In this document: one piece after another, positions 57,324 through 64,000 of the stretch
How positions within the stretch are numbered: the first letter of the stretch is position 1
How the letters are laid out: every line of letters begins with the position of its first letter
Source of the DNA: an uncultured bacterium
GTDB lineage: Bacteria; Zixibacteria; MSB-5A5; CAIYYT01
Direction of reading: 5' to 3'
DNA length: 64,000 nucleotides
NCBI GenBank assembly: GCA_963726455.1
Contig: CAVSCK010000004.1
Location: 896,001 to 960,000, forward strand
Translations under genes and position numbers: made by a program
The notes under the pieces: generated by a model
The model's input: the letters and a program-made list of their open reading frames with translations, nothing else
Told to the model about the DNA's origin: nothing
Database searches by the model: none

Positions 57324-59438
57324 ATGAAACTCTCGCGAATGTTCACGCCTATTGCAGCACTCTTGCTTATGTTTGCCGCGACCGCGCCGGCGCAGACTGC
57401 CGACATTTCCGGCATCTGGGATGGCACAATTGAACTGCCCGGAATGCCGTTGACGATCAGTATCGAATTCACGAAGAACGCCGACGGCTCGTACGCAGGA
57501 CAGATCGACATCCCCCAACAGGGCGCTAAAGGACTTTCGCTGACTAATGTCAAAGTCGCCGGTTCCGATGTCACCTGCGATCTTGCTGGCGTTCCCGGTG
57601 AGCCCAAGTTCGCCGGCAAGTTATCCGACAGCCAGATCATCTCAGGTGATTTCACACAGGGCGGACAGAAGTTCCCGTTCACGGTCAAACGTCAGGACGC
57701 CGCCAAGGCCGCATCTGCCGCTCAGAAGGACAAGGCCGCTTTAGACAAAATCAGCGCCCTTACGGATTCCTTGCGCAAGGTCTGGAAAGTTCCGGGCATC
57801 GGTCTCGGAATCGTCAAAGACGACAAAGTGATTTTCGCCGAGGGGTTCGGTCAGCGTAGCGTCAAAGATAATCTTCCCGTAACAGCGCAGACGATCTTCG
57901 CGATCGGTTCTTGCACCAAGGCCTTTACCACGGCGGCGATGGGTCTCCTCGTCGATGATGGCAAACTCGAATGGGACAAGCCGGTCAAACAATACATGCC
58001 GACCTTCAAGATGTTCGACGATTTTGCCACCGAGCGCATGACCGCCACCGATCTGATCACCCATCGTTCCGGCCTGCCGCGTCACGATTTCATGTGGTAC
58101 AATTCGTCTTTCACGCGCAAGGATATCTTCGACCGCCTGCAGTATCTCGAACCGAACAAAGATTTCCGCACCGAATGGCAGTACCAGAACATCATGTTTA
58201 TGACCGCCGGCTACCTGTTGGAACAAATCAGCGCCACCACCTGGGAGAACTTCGTACGCACGCGCATCTTCGAACCGGTCGGGATGAAATCGAGCAACTT
58301 CTCAGTCGATGAGTCGCAGAAAGCGGCTGACTTTGCGTTCCCGTATCGCGAGAAAAAAGACACCGTCAAAGTCATTCCCTTCCGCAATATCACGACGGCC
58401 GGACCGGCCGGCTCCGTCAATTCCAATATTACCGACATGCTCGGATGGGTGCGGCTGCAACTAAATGATGGCAAGGTCGGCGACAAGCAAATCATCAAGC
58501 CGTCAACCATGGAAAACATTCACGCGCCTCACATGGCAATGCCGCAATCCCCCTTGAACAAAGAAATCCTGAACGCCGCTTACGCTCTCGGCTGGATGAC
58601 GGAGGCCTACCGCGGCCATCAATTAATCGAGCACGGCGGTAACATCGACGGTTTCTCGGCCGAGGTTGCCATGCTGCCTGATGACCACATCGGCATCGTC
58701 GTCCTCACGAATCTCGATGCTACACCATGTCCGGGAATTATCAGCCGTTCCGTCGCCGATGCCATGTTGGGTCTCGACCCCATCGACTGGAGTGGTCGCA
58801 TCAAAACACAGATGGATGCTGCCAAAGCAAATCTGGAGAAAGCGCCGAAGAACGACACCGGCCGCAAACCCAACACCAAACCGTCACATCCGCTCGCAGA
58901 TTACGTCGGCGAATTTGAAAATCCCGGTTACGGCATCGTCACCGTGAAACTCAACGGCAAGACTCTTGAAGCAACTTACAACCAGATCACGGCGCAGCTC
59001 GAACATTGGCACTACGATGTCTTTCGCGCCAACAACGAGGAATTCGCCGACCTGAAACTCTTCGTCAATTTCGAGGGCAACACGACAGGTGACATCGACC
59101 GTCTCACCATGCCGCTGGAAATGACCGTGAAGGAAATCGTCTTCACACGAACGGCATCGTCAGCCCTGCGCGACCCGAAATACCTGAAGCAATTCATCGG
59201 TGACTACATGATGGAGGAAGCCAAAGTGACCTGCACCTTCGCGATGAAGGGTGACTCAACGCTGACTCTCTATGTTCCCGGCCAGCCCGTTTATGATCTG
59301 ATTCCTTACAAGCAAGCTCAGTTCACTATCAAAGACCTGACCGGCTTCAGCGTCTCATTCAACTTCGACAAATCCGGCGCCGTCACCGAAACCGTCTTCC
59401 ACCAACCGAACGGAGTCTTCACCGCCAAGAAGAAGTAG
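57324..59438 (+). CDS. Secreted serine hydrolase, beta-lactamase/AmpC-like family with DUF3471-like C-terminal domains
   Basis: Signal peptide; SxxK motif (GSCTK), YQN, HGGNIDGF; HPLADYVGEFENPGYG. Confidence 0.88.
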   Translation: MKLSRMFTPIAALLLMFAATAPAQTADISGIWDGTIELPGMPLTISIEFTKNADGSYAGQIDIPQQGAKGLSLTNVKVAGSDVTCDLAGVPGEPKFAGKLSDSQIISGDFTQGGQKFPFTVKRQDAAKAASAAQKDKAALDKISALTDSLRKVWKVPGIGLGIVKDDKVIFAEGFGQRSVKDNLPVTAQTIFAIGSCTKAFTTAAMGLLVDDGKLEWDKPVKQYMPTFKMFDDFATERMTATDLITHRSGLPRHDFMWYNSSFTRKDIFDRLQYLEPNKDFRTEWQYQNIMFMTAGYLLEQISATTWENFVRTRIFEPVGMKSSNFSVDESQKAADFAFPYREKKDTVKVIPFRNITTAGPAGSVNSNITDMLGWVRLQLNDGKVGDKQIIKPSTMENIHAPHMAMPQSPLNKEILNAAYALGWMTEAYRGHQLIEHGGNIDGFSAEVAMLPDDHIGIVVLTNLDATPCPGIISRSVADAMLGLDPIDWSGRIKTQMDAAKANLEKAPKNDTGRKPNTKPSHPLADYVGEFENPGYGIVTVKLNGKTLEATYNQITAQLEHWHYDVFRANNEEFADLKLFVNFEGNTTGDIDRLTMPLEMTVKEIVFTRTASSALRDPKYLKQFIGDYMMEEAKVTCTFAMKGDSTLTLYVPGQPVYDLIPYKQAQFTIKDLTGFSVSFNFDKSGAVTETVFHQPNGVFTAKKK

Positions 59439-59456
59439 TCTGGCATAAGCAATCTT

Positions 59457-59487
59457 GGCCCCGTGGGTCAATCCCACGGGGTCTGGG
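59457..59487. terminator. Hairpin downstream of the serine hydrolase
   Basis: CCCCGTGGG..CCCACGGGG inverted repeat. Confidence 0.5.
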
Positions 59488-59867
59488 TTTCGCGCGCGGG
59501 CACGAACCCTTTCCTGCCCGCTCTTGCACCATCTTGACAACTCTCTCCCCGAATACACTGCTGTCGCTGTCGCAAAACCTTAGGGGAGTACACCGCATAC
59601 CAACGAAAACGCTACAGTCGAAGCGCTTTGACCTGCGGGACTGAGAAGGTTTGTTCACAGTTTTATTCCCAAATCTTCATCAAGTGATTGACAAACGTGA
59701 TCATTATCCCATATTGAAACTAGACGACTCACGGATTCCGTGACAAAGTGGGGGCTAGGTGGCGCTTGGTTGGGGAATCGTTGCATCCCGCAATTGTCGA
59801 TTGACGGTAACCGTCGGGATCGGCGCCCTCAGTGAACAGGGAATACTCAAGGGCATAGGAGATTAAC

Positions 59868-62800
59868 ATGAATCGGTCGATAACGTTCTTGATCTTATTC
59901 ATTTTCGTCTTTCGAATTGGCTATGCAATTGCCACACCACCTGATTTTGCTGTGCCACAGTCACAGGACATGCCCGACAAGGGTGGATTGGTAGATCGCT
60001 TAGTTTACGCCGCGGCACAGACCTACGGGCAGCACGCCTTGGGCAAGATCGACTCTTGGGTTCAGAAGAGAACTGTGATGATCGGAGATTCGTTGGAGAT
60101 CAGAGTTCTTTTGAAGGCCACAGCCGATCAATATGCTGCCAACCTGCTTGAAGAATCTGGTGGCAGAATCGAAGGAATGTACGCCAATTCTGTCTACATG
60201 CTTGTCCCTGTAAACAAGATTGGATGGTTCGAGGGCAGAGATGAAATCGCTGCCGTGTACCTGCCGAGTTACGCGATCCCCCAGGAATTTATTTCTGAGG
60301 GTTTAGATACGATGGGAGTATCGGCTTTTCACCGGAGGGGTTACACTGGCCGCGGAGTGAAGGTCGCTGTACTTGACGGAGGTTTCCAAGACTACATGTT
60401 CTTTCTTGGAACTGAATTACCGAGCAACACGCAACTCCGATATTACGGAAACAATCCGTTCACGAGCACGCACGGAACTGAATGTGCACAGATCATACAT
60501 GACGTCGCTCCAGATGCTGAACTCTGGTTGATTCAAGTGAGCACTGGGTTAGACTTCCTTACCGCGTGCGACTGGATCAAGAACAATGGCTTCGATGTCG
60601 TCTCTGTAAGTCTCGCTTACCTTAATGTCGGTTGGCTCGATGGCTCCAGCGACCTTTCTAAAAAAGTTGATGAACTACGCAATCAAGGAATTCTATGGGT
60701 CAACTCGGCTGCAAATTACGGTAAAGATCACTGGTCGGGTTATTTTGCAGACACGGATGGCGATGGGGCTCACAACTTCACTTCGACGGACGAAGGTAAC
60801 TCCATTCTTCTTGTCGAGGGACAGTCTGTGTCAATACTCTTGTCTTGGAATGACTGGCCTTACGCCACCGATGACTACGATTTGAGGCTCTACGACTTGG
60901 CAACTTCCGCGCTGGTCGCTTCTTCTTTGAGACCGCAGACAGGAACTCAAGAGCCAACGGAAGAGTTTACCTACACAGCGACCGCGACGGGGATTTATGA
61001 GATTGTGATTTCTAAGTACTCCGCTACCGGAAATGCCAAGTTGCAGCTCTTGGTTCCAGGTATCGGTTCATTGCAATATAGCAACGCATCGTACTCGGTT
61101 CAGATTCCCGGTGATGCGCGGGGCGCGCTAACTGTGGGTGCTGTTCCGTGGCAGAACCCGAGCAAGATTGAGGGTTTTAGCTCCTGCGGCCCGACAGAAG
61201 ACTCTCGCATCAAGCCTGAGATGGTCGCACCTGACAGTGTGACTGTAGCTGATTATTGGACAACATCTACCGTGGCAGTCGGAACCTCATTCTCCTGCCC
61301 TCACGTCGCTGGAGCAGCGGCAGTCTATCTGTCTGCCAAACCGACAGTCTATCCCCCAGCGGTAATAGACAGCTTCAAGACGTTGTGCATTGACTTAGGC
61401 GTTACCGGGACGGACAATACTTACGGGTGGGGACTTCTTCACATGCGCATTCTTAATCGAACTCCTTCGGCATTTTCTCTGCAGTACCCCGCAAATGGAG
61501 CGACATTGAGTGCCGATACTACCAGCCTTATCTGGAATCCTGCATCAGACCCAGACGTGGGTGATGTTATACGATATAATCTGTATTACTCGAAGTCTGA
61601 ATTCTCCCCGTTGGCCAACGCAATGCGGCCGACCGGATTGGGCGGACGCTACGCTCCGTTCGAGTCGTCGTCTCGTGACCAGCCAAAGGGCTTGCCCAAT
61701 ATATCGATCACAAATTCTCGGGACATAGTGGGCGATACCGTATTCTTCAATTTTGACACTTCGTTAGAAGGGTGGACTTTCGATATTCCAGCAGATAGCG
61801 TTTATGTCTCCTACATTTGCCCTGGCACTCCATGTGACCTTTGTCTGAGAACCCAGGCAACCGGGACGCCATTTGTGCTTTCATGGAGCAACTCCAGTCT
61901 TGGCAAGACTGTGAAGTGTGTTTGCCATCACCACGGATTCCGTTACTCAGACTGCGACGTTGAATTCTGGAAGAAAGTGATTTGGAAAATGCTGCCACCT
62001 GAGTGGGACGGGATTAAGAGGGTCGAAGCACGAGTCTACAACGAATCAACATCGCAGGTCTGGGCGCGCTTCGCTTATTGGAATGCCCAAGACTTTGTGT
62101 GGAAGTATGTCGGCGATGGTGCGGGTTGGGTCAGTCTTGCAGCCAGTGCATGGACTATTGTTGCTTTAGATGAGCCAGCTCAAGGGGAGTTTAGCGATCT
62201 AATGGGAATCCTGATCAACATTGGCGCGTATCAAAACGACGGTAACGTTTATATCGACTGGGTCCGGGGATATCACAGTGGCACCTCTGCTTCATGGGAT
62301 GACAGTGTCATGAACATTTCTGATCCGGAATACGAACTCACTTCACTTCAGAGAGGGGCATCCTATCGCTGGTCGGTAGTCGCAGAAGACTTGGAGGGAG
62401 CGACCTCACAATGCACGATTCCGTTTTCTTTCCACGTAACGGTTGCTAATAGACCTCCAACTTTGACGAATCCGGGGGACAAGACAGTCTCGGAGAATAG
62501 CATGTTGGCTTTCGCTTTATCCGCCACCGATCTCGATGGAGACGCACTTACCTATTCTGCAAATCCTCTACCAGCCGGGGCAGTCTTCAGTAACGCCAGC
62601 GGCAATTTCGTCTGGACACCGACGTACGATCAATCGGGAGTTTACGGCGTGACGTTTTCTGTCTCCGATGGTCAGGCAAGCGACCAACAATCGATTCAGA
62701 TCGTAGTGAATAATACCAATCGCCCTCCGTCCGTATTTGCCCTACTCAGTCCCGCCGATGACGACACGGTCAAATCCGTAGGCGCGCTACTGCGTTGGAG

Positions 62801-64000
62801 CCGTTCAATTGATCCTGACATCGGAAATACCGTGACTTACAATCTCTTCTACTCTGCGGGTGACACCGCATCATGGCAGCATTCTGTTCCGTCAATTGCT
62901 GATTCGCAGTATACAATTGCGTCTCTTGAGGAGATGAAGAGGTACTATTGGAAAATAGCAGCGCAGGATAATGAAGGCGCGACTGCACAATGCAGTAGAG
63001 CGTTCTCGTTTGTTGCGGGAGATGCCACCCCTCCTTCCTTCACTATTGACGTTCTTGCGAATCCGATTCTACCCTTTGAACTCGATCTATTCTTCTACCC
63101 GTCCGAGTCGTTGAGTGGGTTGCCAGAAGTCACAGTTGCTGGCCCGTCGGGAAGTGGTGGGCAGACTGTTACGCAACTAAGTAATCGCGATGCAGCCTGC
63201 TATCTGACAGATTATCGGATAGACCAATCAGGGTCTTACACAATTACCGTGTGTGGAACCGATCTCTCGACCAACCGAGGTTGTAAAGATGCATCTGTCT
63301 CAGCCTCTCGATTGTTCGTCAATTTTGGAGCCGAGGTGACAAGCCCGTTGGGAACATTTCGGCTCAGAGTTGCCGCCGGTTCATCTCGTAGCGATGGTCT
63401 TGTTCTCTGCGGGGAGCGCCCCGCCGATATCTCTGATCTGGTCAATACGAACATCCCCTCAGGAATCACTCCGGTTCTGATTGTTGATCTGAAATCGACG
63501 GTCGCAGTCGCGAACAAATCTGCATTGCTAACCATAGACCCGGATGTCGCGGGTGTCTCAATGAATGCAGACCAAGCAATAGTACTCGTCCCTCTTTCGA
63601 GCACTAATCAGCAACCAATTCCTGCACGACTCAACATAACTACCGGGCACTACACGGCGGAGATCACCGAGCTTTGCTCCTATCTAATAGGCGCAACTGA
63701 ACAGTGGAGATTGGAAGAGTTGCCAGTAGTGTATGAGCTTGATCAGAATACTCCTAATCCCTTCAACGGGACGACAGTGATTCCGTTCAGCACAAGCGAA
63801 CAGGTTCACGTGTCGCTGGAAGTGTTCAATGTACTCGGACAGCGAGTGGCTACTCTCCTTGATCGGGACATAATGCCGGGAAATTATGCTTCGTCATGGG
63901 ACGGGAAATCCGAGAACGGTAGCGAATGCAGTTCGGGAACATATTTTTATCGGCTGACCGCCGGTTCCAACATGGAAACCAAGAAGATGCTGTATCTAAA
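59868..64000 (+). CDS. Large secreted S8 (subtilisin-like) peptidase with Ig/cadherin-like domains and a FlgD/T9SS-like C-terminal domain; stop lies just beyond the window
   Basis: Not in ORF track because there is no stop in the window. ATG after AGGAG; triad motifs VAVLDGG, HGTEC, GTSFSCPHVAG; ends in frame with QNTPNPFN...WDGKSENG...SGTYFYRL...KKMLYL. Confidence 0.88.
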   Translation, partial: MNRSITFLILFIFVFRIGYAIATPPDFAVPQSQDMPDKGGLVDRLVYAAAQTYGQHALGKIDSWVQKRTVMIGDSLEIRVLLKATADQYAANLLEESGGRIEGMYANSVYMLVPVNKIGWFEGRDEIAAVYLPSYAIPQEFISEGLDTMGVSAFHRRGYTGRGVKVAVLDGGFQDYMFFLGTELPSNTQLRYYGNNPFTSTHGTECAQIIHDVAPDAELWLIQVSTGLDFLTACDWIKNNGFDVVSVSLAYLNVGWLDGSSDLSKKVDELRNQGILWVNSAANYGKDHWSGYFADTDGDGAHNFTSTDEGNSILLVEGQSVSILLSWNDWPYATDDYDLRLYDLATSALVASSLRPQTGTQEPTEEFTYTATATGIYEIVISKYSATGNAKLQLLVPGIGSLQYSNASYSVQIPGDARGALTVGAVPWQNPSKIEGFSSCGPTEDSRIKPEMVAPDSVTVADYWTTSTVAVGTSFSCPHVAGAAAVYLSAKPTVYPPAVIDSFKTLCIDLGVTGTDNTYGWGLLHMRILNRTPSAFSLQYPANGATLSADTTSLIWNPASDPDVGDVIRYNLYYSKSEFSPLANAMRPTGLGGRYAPFESSSRDQPKGLPNISITNSRDIVGDTVFFNFDTSLEGWTFDIPADSVYVSYICPGTPCDLCLRTQATGTPFVLSWSNSSLGKTVKCVCHHHGFRYSDCDVEFWKKVIWKMLPPEWDGIKRVEARVYNESTSQVWARFAYWNAQDFVWKYVGDGAGWVSLAASAWTIVALDEPAQGEFSDLMGILINIGAYQNDGNVYIDWVRGYHSGTSASWDDSVMNISDPEYELTSLQRGASYRWSVVAEDLEGATSQCTIPFSFHVTVANRPPTLTNPGDKTVSENSMLAFALSATDLDGDALTYSANPLPAGAVFSNASGNFVWTPTYDQSGVYGVTFSVSDGQASDQQSIQIVVNNTNRPPSVFALLSPADDDTVKSVGALLRWSRSIDPDIGNTVTYNLFYSAGDTASWQHSVPSIADSQYTIASLEEMKRYYWKIAAQDNEGATAQCSRAFSFVAGDATPPSFTIDVLANPILPFELDLFFYPSESLSGLPEVTVAGPSGSGGQTVTQLSNRDAACYLTDYRIDQSGSYTITVCGTDLSTNRGCKDASVSASRLFVNFGAEVTSPLGTFRLRVAAGSSRSDGLVLCGERPADISDLVNTNIPSGITPVLIVDLKSTVAVANKSALLTIDPDVAGVSMNADQAIVLVPLSSTNQQPIPARLNITTGHYTAEITELCSYLIGATEQWRLEELPVVYELDQNTPNPFNGTTVIPFSTSEQVHVSLEVFNVLGQRVATLLDRDIMPGNYASSWDGKSENGSECSSGTYFYRLTAGSNMETKKMLYL

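Noticed and set aside
59755-59830. Cobalamin riboswitch-like words (GGGAA...CCCGCAATTGT) upstream of the S8 peptidase
   Set aside because: Lacks the intervening T-loop hairpin and B12-box; the downstream gene is unrelated to B12

Overview
Bacterial genomic window, with a likely unannotated RiPP cluster as the main finding. The lineage is probably candidate Zixibacteria or another FCB relative; this is inferred from dockerin-like and FlgD/T9SS-like C-terminal domains and was not tested. Bases 1-32.1 kb hold the core translation/transcription supercluster on the minus strand: tRNA-Gly, tRNA-Thr, tuf, tRNA-Trp, secE, nusG, rplKAJL, rpoBC, rpsLG, fusA, tuf, then the S10, spc and alpha operons, ending in a partial rpoA. 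rpoB has a single-base frameshift that is probably an assembly error, and rpmG is absent from its usual position. Bases 32-64 kb are accessory: AMMECR1/AmrA, nth, a GldAFG-like ABC system, a hybrid histidine kinase, a TrmB regulator, a Cys-rich GEVED/dockerin protein, a Rieske-cytochrome b-nonaheme cytochrome c operon, tRNA-Leu, tRNA-Tyr, dCMP deaminase, a serine hydrolase and a large S8 peptidase. The RiPP cluster lies at about 37.9-44.8 kb. Two small paralogous precursor genes, missing from the ORF track, encode MIYLIDPQNPGIDACTFFKCKGVVYPCYGIKPESYLSRT and MIYLIDPQDTSISGCTLKKLCSPRFYPMYGVDPA. Each has its own RBS, downstream hairpin and conserved structured 5' leader. They precede three radical SAM enzymes (a SPASM maturase, a PlpX-like tyramine-excising splicease matching the XYG motifs, and a B12-dependent enzyme) and an ABC exporter.
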